DNA of 63,058 nucleotides, counting the filler, from Hyphochytrium catenoides (Eukaryota > Protista > Hyphochytriomycota): the NCBI GenBank assembly GCA_900088475.1. It is 6 parts of 6 records of this genome, joined end to end, with 100 filler letters (N's around TTAATTAATTAA, not from the genome) between each part and the next. Parts side by side here need not be neighbours in the genome. Positions count along the whole stretch, not along the records: positions 1 to 22,537 come from FLMG01002351.1; 5 more parts are not named here. One strand, written 5' to 3'. Under the pieces are notes generated by a model that did no database searches, was not told the DNA's origin, and was given only the letters and a program-made list of their open reading frames with translations. The translations under genes and the position numbers were made by a program. Below are positions 1 to 13,205 of the stretch, in pieces; position 1 is the first letter of the stretch; each line of letters opens with the position of its first letter.

Positions 1-1650
1 GGTAAGGCACAAACTTTAGCGGACCGCCGTTGGCCGCCCAGTTCTGTTCCTCAGGGGAGAAGACAATAGATCCGTCCGCTCCTCCCTGGTTCGGCTGAAA
101 AACAGAGAGAAAGAGAAAGAGAGAGAGAGAGAGACTGTGAATAAGGAGAAAGAGAGAGAGAGAGAGAGAGACATCACGAAGAATAGAGTAAGAAAGAGGA
201 ACAACGTCACGACCACCAAGGCAGAAGCGATAAAGAGGTAAACAAGGATGATGATAATGGAGAAGCGCGGACAAAGAGAAGAGAAGAGAAGCAAAGAGAA
301 GAGAGAACCAGGGCAGCTCTCTTCTTTCTTTCTGCTTCCTTCTTCTTACCTGCACGAAGGAGCCGACATCATGGAACCCAGCGCGGACAAAAATTGCAGC
401 CACGCGCTTATTAGGAAGGCTCGCTGGCCCGATCTTCCCTCCGTTTGCTGAGAGAAACTTGTCAATCTCTGCTATAAATCCTGCCCAGTCCACGCGGCTA
501 GGGTCATAGCTATGGCAGTCATCGCCTTCAAAGCTCGGCACACTGACGCGTTCATCATAATACTTCGAGACAATCGGCCTTGGTGTTGGCGCTGCTTTCT
601 TCTGCGGCTGCTGCTCGTACTTTGAGCTCTCAGTCGTCGGACGAGAAGGATAATACTGAGGAGCGGGTGGCGGGGCCGTCGTGGGGCTGGCACGCCGAGG
701 AGGATCGTAGAGCCAATCATCGTCACGCTGATGAAGAAGAGGAGAGAGAAGAGGAAATGTTCTTCATTAGTTGCTGATGTGCTGACAATAGAGGAAGCCT
801 TTTGCTCTTACCCGTGCCAGCTCTACGTTCTCCATGCTTTCCCAGTCTTCATCCAAAGATACGTGCTGCTGGTCAGCGTCTGCTGCTTCTTCGGAGCCGC
901 GGATGAAGATTTCTTCCTTGAAGACACTCGCGTCGTCGTTGGCGGAGCGGAGAGAGGGAGAGAAAGCTCGAATGACACGGCGGTTGCCGTGCTGGGTAGT
1001 AGAAGCGGAGGTGGAAGATATAATAGAGAAAGAAGAGAAAGAGAGAAGAAGAGCGGCAGAAGAGAGAAGTTGAAGCTTCATGGTTCTTCCCTACTTCTTC
1101 CTCTGTCAATAACGTCTACTTAATTAATCCTTCTTCCTTGCTTTCGCAATGGAGAAAGAGAGAAGAGAGAGAAGAATAGAGAGAGAGAAGAATAGAGAGA
1201 GAGAGAAAGAGAGATGGCGTCTATCTAATAGGCAGAGCGGCTCCTGGTGATGGTTGTTATGTGCGCCGCGGAGAGGAAAGTTCCAAATGAGAGACATCCT
1301 GAGAGAGAACAGGTCGACCGAGGAGAAAAAGAGGAAGAACAGAGGAAAAAGAGGAAGAGGAGAGAGATTGAACGTTAGGGAGAGAAGAGGAGGAGGAGAA
1401 CAGCGCAGTCGAGAGGAGGTGAGAACTACATGGAGAGAAGACGATAGAAGAAGAGAGAGAAGAGACAAGGAACAACCATGAGAAAGAGTTCCTGAGGACG
1501 ACTAGAGAGTAGTGAAGATCTAGAGATCTAAAAGGAAAGAAGCGACGATGCAGCAGTGGCACCGAGGCAACCCGAACGGTCACATTCTAACAGCGCTTCG
1601 AGATATCGAAACCGTGAAAGGGAGATAGAGAAAGCTTAAAGAGAAAAGAA

Positions 1651-1681
<31 letters not shown>

Positions 1682-2569
1682 AAGAGCGAGAGGAGAAAGA
1701 AAGAGGAGAAGGAAAGAGAGAGAAGAGAGAGAAGAGAGAGAAGAGAGAGAAGGAAGGAACTAAGAAAAAAGGATTCTGGACGAACTGAAGAGTCAACGAA
1801 GAAAGAGATAATGCAAGCATTGCATCAAACGGCAAACGGTGATGGCAGGAGACAGACAGAGCAATCAAGATACGGGCAAGGAAGAGAGATAATACTACTT
1901 ATCGATAGACGGAGAGAAGAAAGAGAGAGGGGACAGAGAGAGAAAGGAGAGAGACAGAGGTAAGAGCCGTGCTGTCGTCTGACTGCGGCCATCATCACAA
2001 TCCTCGTGATAATCTATCTTCTCTGGTTAAGCGGAGGAGAGAGAAGGAAGGCGGAGAAGAGAGCAGACAAAAACGGGGACGAGAGAGAAAGAAGAGAAGA
2101 GACGTTGAAGATGTTTCTCTTCGTAGTCCTGCCATCAATGAAGACCTTTAGCGGCCTGGCTGATGAAGAAGAAGGGAGGAAGAGAGAGATGACGGACCCA
2201 CAACGGAAGGAGGAGTAGGTCCATCTTTCATACAGGAGGAGGACGAAGAAGAGAGAAGAAGAGAAGAGAAGAAGAGCTTTCAAGGCGCTTATGAAAGGTA
2301 GGAGGAGAAAGGAGGAGGAAGATGGAGGAAGACAGTAAGAGAGAAGGAACGGTTGGAGGGAGAGAAGGGGGAAAGGCTTGGGGGTGGGGAGAAGAAGAAG
2401 AAGAGGAGAATGTATGACGATGATGCTGTTCTTTCTTCGGCGGGTGGAGGAAGAGAGAAAGAAAGAAAGAAGGAGCAGAATATGATGTTGAAGACGACGG
2501 AGGAGAGATAACGGCCAACCTTGAATATGGAGAGATCATGATGAAGATCTTCTCTTCTTTCTCCCATGT

Positions 2570-2601
2570 ATGTCCTCTCTTCTTCTCTCTTTCTCCCCTC
2601 C

Positions 2602-2636
<35 letters not shown>

Positions 2637-3509
2637 TGTCTCTCTCTCTNNNNNNNNNNNNNNNNNNNNNNNNNNNNNNNNNNNNNNNNNNNNNNNNNNN
2701 NCTCTCTCTCTCTCTCTCTCTTCTTTTCACTCTCTCTCTATCACTCTTTCTCGCATCTCTCTTCCTGCTTTCTCTCTCAGTCTCTCCTTCTCTTTCGTGC
2801 TTTCTCTCTCTCTCTCTTTCTCTTTCTCTTTCTCTTTCTCTGTCTCTCTCTCTTTTTTGCTTGCTGTCTCTTTCTGCACTCTCTCTCTCTCTCTCTTTCC
2901 TGCTTTCTCTCTTTCTCTCCTCCTCTCCTCCCCGCCCCAAGGGCCAGATAAGAAGAAGAGAGGAGGTGACTCACTGCTTTGCCCTCCATGCTGGTCAACA
3001 GCCACGTCTATATATTCCTCAAGTACAGATGCAGAATAATTACCAGTACTGGCCGTAAAGTACAGTTATAATGTACGAGACGTCCTCATCTACCTTCTAT
3101 ATCGTAGATCGGGATGACTAAAATGACTGATGAATGGAGCTAGTCGAGGTCGTTGAGGACCCCTCAGCTCCAGTTTTTTCCCCGAAAGATTCGAAAGCTA
3201 CACTGAGTCTTTCTACCACTTTGAGGGTTAGTTTTGAATGAATCTTTCGAGAAACATTCCAACGGAGGGGGACGTTGTGATCGCCGTTGTGCGACATTTC
3301 ATAGGTTGTGGCTTCCAGGCCATCTCTATGTTCTATTCTTTGTCGTAATTATGCTCCCATTTCACTGTAAGAATGCTTGAACATTAGATATCTATTTGTC
3401 ACTCTGTCTCGAGAGCTACAGCAGCAAGGATGGCTGTCCTCACTGATCCTGTAACTGCCGCCTCTAGAAGGACCACCAGCTTCTTCATCGTCGGGGCCTG
3501 CTAACTGTG

Positions 3510-3544
<35 letters not shown>

Positions 3545-3607
3545 NNNNNNNNNNNNNNNNNNNNNNNNNNNNNNNNNNNNNNNNNNNNNNNNNNNNNNNN
3601 NNNNNNN

Positions 3608-3643
<36 letters not shown>

Positions 3644-3687
3644 CTCTCTTGCTCTCTCTTGCTCTCTCTTTTTCTCTCTCTCGTTTT

Positions 3688-3733
<46 letters not shown>

Positions 3734-3760
3734 GCTCTCCCTCTTCTCCCTCTCGCTCTC
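2570..3760. repeat. (TC)n microsatellite tracts at assembly gaps (representative of many GA/TC tracts in the window)
   Basis: Long TC dinucleotide runs at 2570-2930 and 3505-3760 flanking N gaps. Confidence 0.9.
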
Positions 3761-6334
3761 TCGCTCTCTTTCCTCGTCGTCTTGCTTTCCCTCCTTCTTC
3801 TCCGTCTTCCTTCTTCTCCCTTCCCCTCCCCAATCTCTCCCCATTTCCTTGCCATCATTTGTCTTTGTCATTTCTTTCTCTCTACCCCTCCTATACCCAC
3901 AGCTTTCTCTCAATCATCGCTCTTTTATCTCCCACTACTTCTTCCTCCTTTCGCTCTTCTTTTCTCTCCTTCTCCCAAAAGGTCAGGCTAGCTTTCCTTC
4001 TCGTTGTTTGGTCCTCCTCTTCTTGGTCGTGGTGCTCGCGGCGATGATGGGCTTCTCCTTCTTCTTCTTCTTCGTTATTCTCTCTCTCTTCTTGCTTTCT
4101 CTTTTTACCACTGGACCCATCATAGTGGCCGTCTCCTTACCGGATTCTCTTCCTCTTTCTCTCTGTTCCCTCTTTTCTTTCTTTCTTTCTTTCTCTCCCT
4201 CTTGTCCCTCTTCCTCCTTTGATGTTCATCTCCTTTTGCTGCTTCTCTCTCTCTCTTTCTCTTTACCGTCCTCTGTCTCTCTGCTGGCTCGCGACCTAGT
4301 CTTCCTCATTCTGGGACAAACCAACGCCTGATGCGGAAAGAGAGAGAAGAGAAAGAGGACAGCAGGGAGAGAGAGATACATCACGAAGGCACAACTAAGG
4401 AAATGACACAGAGAAAGAGCGAAAACCTTCTCTTGACAAGAAGAAGACGAAGTACACTAGCTTCTATACCAGCGATCGGAAAGAAGAGAGAGAGAGAGAG
4501 AGATTGGTAGGATTCGAAGGCGCAAAGACCAGATATAAAGAAGAGTAGAGGGAGGAGAGAGGTGAGCGGTTTATACCAAGAAAAGAAGTTAGCGGGATGG
4601 ACGGTAGACGAAAGAGAGAGAGAGAAAGACACGTACTACTGGGACGAAGAAAAGAGAGGGAGGAGAAAGAGAGAGAGAAATAAAGAGAGGAAAACCGTAC
4701 AGAACGTCCCTTCGCACCATCGTCCGGCAGTTCTGGAGTTATATCTCCAAGAAAAATAAGGCAGAGAGATGGAGAGAGACACAAAAAGAAGTAAAGGAGA
4801 GCGAGCGCCAGAGAAAGAGAGAGAAAAGGCGAGAGAGATAGAAGAGACAGACACCAGATATGTAATGACTTGTAAGAAGACAAGAGAGGGAGAGAAGACT
4901 GAGCGAGACCCGAGGCTAGTCCTCAGAGAAGACGAACTCGATTCAGTGTATATTCAGCAAGCCAGCGAACAAGACGATTGGTGGAGTTCCAGAAAGGAGA
5001 ACTCGTCCTTGTGCTTTTGCTGGAAAGAAAGAAGACAGCAGACAGAGAGAGAGAGAGCAAGAGAGAACGAAAGAGAGAGAGACAGAGAGAGCAGAAAGGA
5101 GAATGTGCCCTCTACGGTATATCTTGCTTTTCCTCTCTCTGATTATTGCCGTCATCAGCTATCTCTCCTACCTTAAAGATAACCGAGAGGAAGAATCCTC
5201 TCCATTCTCTCTTCCTTCTCAGTCCTCGACCGCCCAATTCTCTTCTCTTTCTAGAGAGAAAGGGAAGAGGAGTAGGGGGAAGAACCAAAAACCGGGAGAC
5301 GCGAGAGAGGGAGAGCGAGCGCAAGAAATACTGACTATTCTTCTCGACATGCTGACTGGGAGATATCTTTTTGATGCGTGGGAGAGCCTGCTAAAGAGCT
5401 CAACGGCAGGAGGGAGAAAGGCAATCGACTAGAGAGAAGGAGAGAGCTGCAATCATCTCTGAGTCTCTGCTCTCCATTGCTTCTCTCCTTTTGCTATTTA
5501 ATGCTTCTTCAATGTCAGCCCTCCCTTTCAATAGCTGCGCTTTCGGTCTCTGTCATCAAGTCTTCTTTCTCTCTCTCTCTATTTCTCTCTAGTCTCTCTT
5601 TCTTTCTTTTCAAAACTCTCTCAGCGATACGACCTCTCGAAATCTACACCGCCGATAATTGGGGATAATCCTCCTCGTTTCTCCAATTCAGATGGGTTTC
5701 TTTCTCCTGAGGAGAGAAAACGGAAGTTGAGTCTGTCCAGAAATATCCCTCTCTCTCTCTCTCTCTCTGACTTCTCCGAGCGTCAATGAAGGGAGATCTA
5801 CAAATAAGGAAGCCAGACAGCAGAGAAAGCAGAAGAAGGAGAAAGCAAAAATGGACAATTGAAGAGAGACGGCGTGATGAGTTTCCAACCATACGTTTTT
5901 CAGCGACAGCGGAGAGAAAAGAAGAGGGATCTACAGTTGGGAGAAGGGGGACAGACGCCAACCTATCTTCTCCATTCGCGGGTGCCCTCTTCAGGTAACT
6001 GTCAAGAAGAGAGAGGGAGAGAAGCAGAGAGAAGAAGAACGACGGAGCTCGGATTCTTTGCTCTTTCTTTCCATCATTGAACTTGTCTCAGACTCTTTCT
6101 TTGTCTCACTTCTTCGCCCCTGTCTCCCTTCCTCTTCTCATCCCGTCTATCTCTCTCCCTGGTTATCCACCTCTGCTGCTGCTCCCATTGTGCCACAGAC
6201 TTCAAGAAGGATGGTCCGCCTTGGGGCCAAGAGGTGAAGGGTGAAACAAGAAAGAAAAGAAAGAGGAGAGAGACACAGATAGAAACAGAAAGCAGACAGC
6301 ATGACGGCGTTTCTTGATAGTTCAACGAGGATAA

Positions 6335-7379
6335 TTAGGCAGTTATCTCTCCTCTCTCCTCAGACTGAGCCAACAGCGGCAACAGCAGCTTGTCCAGCTC
6401 ACTCAGACAGCTAATCGAGAAGTCAGCAACATCTTTCATCCCATGCGCCTCTTCCTCAGTGATCAGACAAGTGAGAGAGCCTGCGTTCTGCCCACAAAGA
6501 ATGTCATCTCTATGATCTCCTACCATCAGAATGTTGGACGGCTGAATCTGCCAATAATCGCTGGCAGACCGGATAACGCCAGGATCAGGCTTGACAAAGG
6601 GAAAATCTCTGGTGATGACGGGATCGAACACCTGGAAGAGAGGCTTACTATCTCCGAGCTTTCAAGTGATCGCCCACAGAGAGAGAAAAAGACGGAAAAA
6701 GACAGAGAGAAAGAGAGACAGAGAGAGAGAATAGAGAGAATATTGAAAGCCCCCGCGCGCGCGAGAGAGAGAGAGAGAGAGGGAAAAAAGTAAAGCCCAG
6801 AGTACCGAAGAGCTAGATTAAGAAGGACTAACTTATAAGCGAGGATCTCTCTATAAGTCTCTCTTACCTCCACATCGAGCCCCAGTTTGGCTAAGAACTG
6901 TTCCACCGCCGGATAGCTGTTCCTGGTAGCCAAACCCACTCGAACACCGTGAGACTGCAGCCACATGAGGAGCTGCGCCGTCTGCGCTCTGATCTTCATC
7001 AGCTCTATCCCTCGTGCCTCTTCATCTTCCACTGCCTGCAGGGCTGCAGCCTGCAAAGCAACAAGTGAACGGCCAGCTCCCCATCTTCCACTATTTACGA
7101 GGTCCCATGCCTGGGTAGCAGCTCCCACGTAAACCCCGTAGCAGCTTCTCTCTATCGCTATCCTTCTACCTCTTTGTGTCCTTCCTCCTTAGCTCTAGGA
7201 CTCACCCTCACGCTCTCCTCCGCTGTCTCAATGTCAAAGAGGATGTTCCCAGTATTCTTGAGGTTAAACTCCCTCCGGATCTTGTTGAAGTCTAAGGTAC
7301 CGGGGTGAGTTAGAGTGCCATCCATGTCGAACATCACGCCCAGCAGTCGGCGCTTGATAGGCTGGGCGCGGTGGATGAC
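6335..7379 (-). CDS. HAD-superfamily hydrolase/phosphatase domain (3 exons); probably the C-terminal part of the pyridoxal kinase gene
   Basis: Spliced translation: VIHRAQPIKRRLLGVMFDMDGTLTHPG (motif I DxDGT; exon 7379-7206), GVRVGLATRNS (motif II), FVKPDP (motif III), ILMVGDHRDDILCGQNAG (motif IV); stop at 6335-6337. GT-AG introns. Confidence 0.9.
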
Positions 7380-7700
7380 CTGTTATGAGGGAAGTTAGAA
7401 GTTTATCAGGCAAAGTAATGCAACAGATGGTAGATGAGATGGGGCAGGGAGACAGGAGGCAGCGAGAGAGAAAAGACACACACAGAGAGAGAGAGAGACC
7501 CTGAGAGAAAGAGAGAGATGGAGAGGAGACGGATCAAGGAGAATGCGGTCGTTCTGGTGGCAATGCAAAAGGCGAATGAGACAAAGCTGTAGGTTACAAG
7601 TGCCTCAAAGCTACGTTCTATCTGAACCCTGACTATAAGGCCTAGGAAGGCCGTGGCAACGCAAGAGAAGTCGATGAAAAAGTGAGAAGAAATCACTAGC

Positions 7701-9588
7701 CTCAGGAGTCTCGATGTCTTTCTTGCTCTGCACAAGTCGAAGCTCTGCGCGAGGGCTTTGGATCTCATTCGTCCGTCGTAGGACTGCCTGCATCGTAGCT
7801 GCGGCCCTCTCTAGCGCCAGCGCTAGGTCCATAGGGTGTCTGTATGTCCAAGCTAGAAGAAGCGCGGCCATAAGGTCCCCTGTCCCTGTAAATCCACCTG
7901 CAAATTGGAGGAGCAAAAGAGGATAGAGTGGACCACTTAGTGGAAGGAAGCGAGAGACAGCGATCCAGGATGCGAGAACCGGGTTAGAAGATAAGATTGT
8001 GACCTAGACAAAGCCAAGGAGAAGAGAGAACAAGGGCACTAAGGACCTGGCAGCCTGGGTAGAGTGAGCTTATATTGATCTAGCTCAGCAGAGGACGCTC
8101 GAACGTGGCTCCCCCAGATCAATATCTGGTCCTTTGGGGTGCTCTCCAGCTCTAGACTTGTGAGGATAACTGTTCTCGGACCCTTAGCATGCAGCAATCG
8201 GACTACCTCCTCGACGTCAGCCTCCGTCTTGATCTTTCGTTCTGTCAGTAGCTCTGCCTCAAACTAGAAGGAGCAGAAGAGTGAGAGCGTTAAGATACTT
8301 ATGAGAGGATGCAGTTACTAGGATTAGCATTCACTTTCTTGGATGGCGCTCTCTGCACCAACTGGGCATGTTCTTCTTAGTTCTCTCTCAGCCAGGCCCG
8401 CGCCTCAATCTTTCTCTACGTTGCCAACTTCTCTTCTGCCTCTCCTTTATGCTCTTCCTTTTGAAAAAGTGAGAAAAGTAGTTGGTTGCCGATCTTTGAC
8501 CCGCTTCACTGTACCTGGTTAGGAGTAATCACTGTTGCGATGGGGACTATCTCATCTCTGTAGATCTTCACTGAGGGCATCGCAGAGGAAGGAGGAAGCA
8601 GGAGTGCTTAACGACCTGATCCGAAGCACTAGAACAGCTGCAGAGAACGGCGGAGGACAGTACCTAGAGCTTCAGGGACGTAGAGACGTCCACCGTCTCC
8701 CATCACAGGGTCGCAGAAGTAGACGACATCAGGACTCTTTCGCTTCAGCAGCTCGTACGTCTTGATCACCGTCCGCAAGAAAGAGTCTGAGCCGATATAA
8801 CCTACATAGCTCGATGATTTTTAGAGTCTAGCCGGGTCTGAAAGGCGCTGCTCAAGTGGTGCCAGCGCTGTATATCAGGGGCTTAGCGACTGCTAAAGAG
8901 ACTGCTCATCGCAAGGCAGAGACCAAAAGTGGTAGCCAGAAAGGAAGCGCGACAGAGGGTCAGAGAAAGAGGACGCTAGGACCTGTCAAAAGATGCGTAT
9001 ACTCCGTAAGATTATTCCGCTCTAGACCAGTTACCAGGTCCCAGAGCTGGCTCCCATTCAGCCGCTCTCCGGCAAAGTATTCATACCCCGTATGATTGCT
9101 GAACTGAACGCTATTGACTGGATCTACGTCCAACCCCAGGAGCTGTGTCAGAGATAAGAAGGCTGTCAATGGCCCGAGGAAGGGCATTTGGTTATTAATA
9201 GAGGCGACAATGTCTGACAATCATACTTGCAAAGGGAACACGGCACTCTTATTGCCCACATAGCCATGAACTACATGAGACTGTATGGATAACACTCTGC
9301 CCTCTTGAGTGTTGTACAAAGGAGAAAGGTAGTTAGTCCATTGTGCTAAAGAAGGTTGCTCAATGGCCTTCGTAAGCACCTCTAGAGTGATATTCCGGGA
9401 GCTTTGTCTGATGTCGGCGTATCATAAGTCCCGGCAAGCGTCTGGAACGACCTGGAGCTCGCCTTGAGTTCGCCGTCGATTTACCGAAGGTGGCCCCTAA
9501 TGGCTCTCTGCCAGCGCAATGGCTTAGGCGCAGCAAGGACCGCATCCTTGGCTACGTAGACAGCCAAATAGAGGTGCAAGAGCTCCAT
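7701..9588 (-). CDS. PDXK: Pyridoxal kinase (PfkB/ribokinase family), multi-exon
   Basis: Exons splice in frame to [24 protein letters not shown]|[20 protein letters not shown]...LLTG|YIG...[14 protein letters not shown]...ITPNQ|FEAELLT...|[14 protein letters not shown]...[15 protein letters not shown]. The start ATG at 9588 is inferred. Confidence 0.95.
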
Positions 9589-10165
9589 CCTATTGAGCCA
9601 TCGCCCATCGCCATTGAGCGCAATGACAACGATCTGTCAGCAACTTTTTGATCTTTTTAGAGATCTCGTGTGCGCACGAACTGTGATGGCGCCGGGAGAC
9701 CGAAAATAATGATTAAATTAACATGCTGCCCCGAAAGCTATAAGCTGCAGATTACTGATCGTCGTGATTATTTTGAGGTAGTAATAGACTTGCAATGGAC
9801 GCAGCAAATACTTTAGACACTTTGCAAAATAATAGTATGCAGTTGAATGGTATGGTTTAGTTCTTTCTTTGATTTTTTCGGTGTGAGCGATCTGCCGCAG
9901 CGCTTCTTATTCTTCAGTTGGTTTTGAAGCTTTTTGAAGCTTTTTCGGATGATAGAGCTCGGCAGAGGCTCTCTGGTGGATGTTAGAGGCCCATACGTGA
10001 GATCCTGAAAGTCTGGAAAGGGTATCTCAGTCTGTTTCGTAGAGAGAGTTTCTAGACCAGTGTATGGGGAGACTAGGGCAGTAGAAATAGCGAAACTATA
10101 ACCCTGAGAGAGCCCCCGTGTGAACCTGCCTCGCTAGAGACTGCTAGGGTCTGGGAGCAGGGCTA

Positions 10166-13030
10166 ATGTCCTCTCGTGGAGATTACGACTATAGCGGTCG
10201 CGGAAGTGACGGGTAACAGGCTCCAAACTGTCTGAAGTTGACCCAACCTAATACTGTTCCCGCACGCAGCAGAAAGTCCAGGTCCAGGTCTAGGCCTAGA
10301 CATGGCTCTAAAAGCGATAGTCGCGAGAGGAAGAAGGACTACCGAGGTAGAGGAAGGTGAGGACGAAGAGAGAACAATCAGACTCTGATGGGCAGGACTA
10401 CATCGCTCTTATAAACCCTCTTGCGCTTAGGAGCGAGGAAAAGAACGGGTACAGTGGCAGGGACTCCGCCAAGTATGACCGCCATAGAGACGTGAGCTCA
10501 AAGGGTCGAGGCACGAGGAGACGGCGATACCGCTCGAGATACGACAGCCGACAGCGACGGGGCGGGAGGAGCAGACGATACCGACGAAGCTACAGCCCCT
10601 CGCGGTCAAGGTCGTACTCGTCCTCCTACTCAAGGTGTGACGGCACGGTGGAGTTTCTTGGGTCAAACCCTTGTCACTATTCCCTCCCAAGCTGCTGAAG
10701 CACTGACGATCATTCAGACGTGGGGATCGTAAAGGTCGCAGTCGTAGCCGGGATAGAAGGCACGACAGCTATGATGATCGGAAGAGGAAGAGGAAGCATA
10801 AGAAGAGGCACAAGAAGAAGGCGCATAAAGCCAGCGATAGCGGCGGTAGTAGCGGGCAGCATGACGACACTGTCGGACACTATGAGGGCCAACCAGGCGA
10901 ATGGCTCAACAAGAACTGTAGGTCAAAACTCCCGTCTCTGGTCCACTTCCGTACTCTCCTAACTCTTCTCCCTCGATCGCCGTTTTCCTTCCTTACCTCA
11001 GTCAAGGTTCTTCGTGAGGCCGGCGTGGGGACCTTTGGCAGAGTGCTCGAATGCTGGGACCAAGCCCATGAAAGGATTGTGGCTCTCAAAATCGTCCGAC
11101 GGATCTCAAAGTACACGGAGTCAGCACAGGTTTGAGCTGCTGGCAAGGGCTTATAGATGGTGCTGAAAGCTGACATTGGCTACGTTAGATCGAAGCAGAT
11201 CTCCTCGAAGATGTGGCAAGGGCAGATCCAGATAATATATCCCTTTGTGTTAGACTGTATGATAGGTAGGTTGACCCTTGACAGAAAGGGCTGGAAGGCA
11301 GCATAAGCACATGAGTGGCTGACCGAGAAGGGAAGGAGATTATCCGGAGAGAGACACAAAGAGAAGGAGAACGAGGGGTCAAGGATAGGGAGAGATAGAG
11401 AGAAAGAGAGAACGGAGAGAGCAAAACATCGGAGAACAGCGCGAAGATATCTTTCCTCCATGAATGCTTAATCTGCGCTTGGAGCAGGTTCCAAGCTCAG
11501 GGCCACATGTGCCTCGCCTTTGAGAGACTGGGTATGTCGCTATACGATTATTCTAAGAAACAGGATTACAAGCCCTATCCCTTATCTTCCGTGAGGGAGA
11601 TGGCGGTGCAACTGATCCACGCAGTGGTAAGAAACCGTCCAGGAAGTGAATTATCTCTCCCAGGACTTTTGCTCTTCCCTTGCTTTCCACCAGTCCCAAC
11701 CTTACCACGACCGCGCCTCTCTCCCGCTCTCTCTCTGTCTCTCCCTCCCCTCTGCAGGGCTTCATGCACTCAATCAAGCTCATCCATACGGATCTTAAGC
11801 CTGAGAATATACTGCTGGTTAACGATATTCCGTACCCAGTGTACGGTGACAACGATAAAGCGTTAGAGGAAAGAGGCGTGCTATCTCGGCAGAGACGCAG
11901 AGACAAAGGTCCCGATGGGTTTGAGTTCATCGACATCTCTTCTGGCAGAAGTGTCTGCCATCCTCCCACCAGTAACGACATCAAACGTAAGCTTTACTCT
12001 ATCAGCGCGGAGCTTCGCCCTACGTGCGCGTCTCGAACCCTTCTCCCTCAAGCAGCATAGCACTTGCTCAATATTTCCTCGGCTATCTAACGTCTAAACA
12101 TGTCCTTACGGGAGCTTATCTCTCTCTGGCTTCTCTTCTCTCTGCGTTTCTGCCTTTCTACCCAATATGCAATGTCATCACCATTCATAGATGGTGCCAT
12201 ACATCTTAATTGAGCGGAGACTGTGGCTAAGTCCTACAACCTGTCTCTCCTTTCATTGTTTCATGCCAGTCATTGACTTCGGAGGAGCAACGTACGATGA
12301 CGCCTACAAGACGACGATAGTGAATACCAGGCAGTACCGCGCACCTGAGGTCATTCTAGGCTTAGGTTGGTCCTATCCTTCAGATATGTGGTCTATCGGT
12401 TGCATTATAGCGGAGCTCTACACCGGAGAGCTATTATTTGCCACGGTAAGTCCAACGTCTGACTTCGCTTCTAAGGGAACTACAAGGTTGACGGGCAGGA
12501 ATAGGCGTCTCTACCTTTGAGGCTTGATCTTACCCTTTCACACTGTTCCCTAGCATGAGAACCTGGAGCATCTGGCTCTGATGGAGAAGTGTAGGGGTAA
12601 GATTCCGCAGGAGATGGTAGCACGAGCTTCAGAAGATGCAGCAGATTATTTCCGCAATGGATCTCTGAGATGGCCTATGAATGCGCGAAGTGGAGAAAGT
12701 ATTCGTCACGTGCAGAAGATGAAGCTGCTTGATGTAAGCCTTCTCCCATCCTGTCCCAGAGGCTAACGCTCTTTCCTACTCTATTTTGGCCTATCTAGCT
12801 GTGTCTTGTCCCTATTGGCACTATGATTCTCCGCCTGTCTCCCAGCTCATGTCATGCCTCGACTCTTGTCAATGTAGGAGATTATCCATAAAGAAGATGC
12901 TGCTTCAGGACTAGTTGACCTTCTTGAGAAGCTACTGACCATCGACCCAGAAAAGAGAATCACGGCGAAGGAGGCAGTTCAACACCCGTTCTTCGACCGG
13001 GTACGGCACATCTTGCCTACGAAGCAGTGA
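10166..13030 (+). CDS. LAMMER/CLK dual-specificity protein kinase with RS-rich N-terminus (about 10 exons)
   Basis: [76 protein letters not shown] (LAMMER motif); canonical GT-AG introns; stop TGA 13028-13030. Confidence 0.95.
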
Positions 13031-13205
13031 GGACCTGCTATACTCAGATAGTTATGCCATTAGAGGAAGATAATAGCATTTTATTGTCTCAGGGCCACAG
13101 GGAAAGAAGGAGAGAATGAGAGAGAGAAAACGAAGAGAGAAGAGAAGTGATGCAGCCTCTTGAATCCTTAGGCTGAAGCGGCCTTCCCACTTTTCTCTTG
13201 CTGTC

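Noticed and set aside
1-6300. Many S/L-rich and R/E-rich ORFs
   Set aside because: Translations of GA/TC microsatellites; exon-like islands exist but no product could be recognised.
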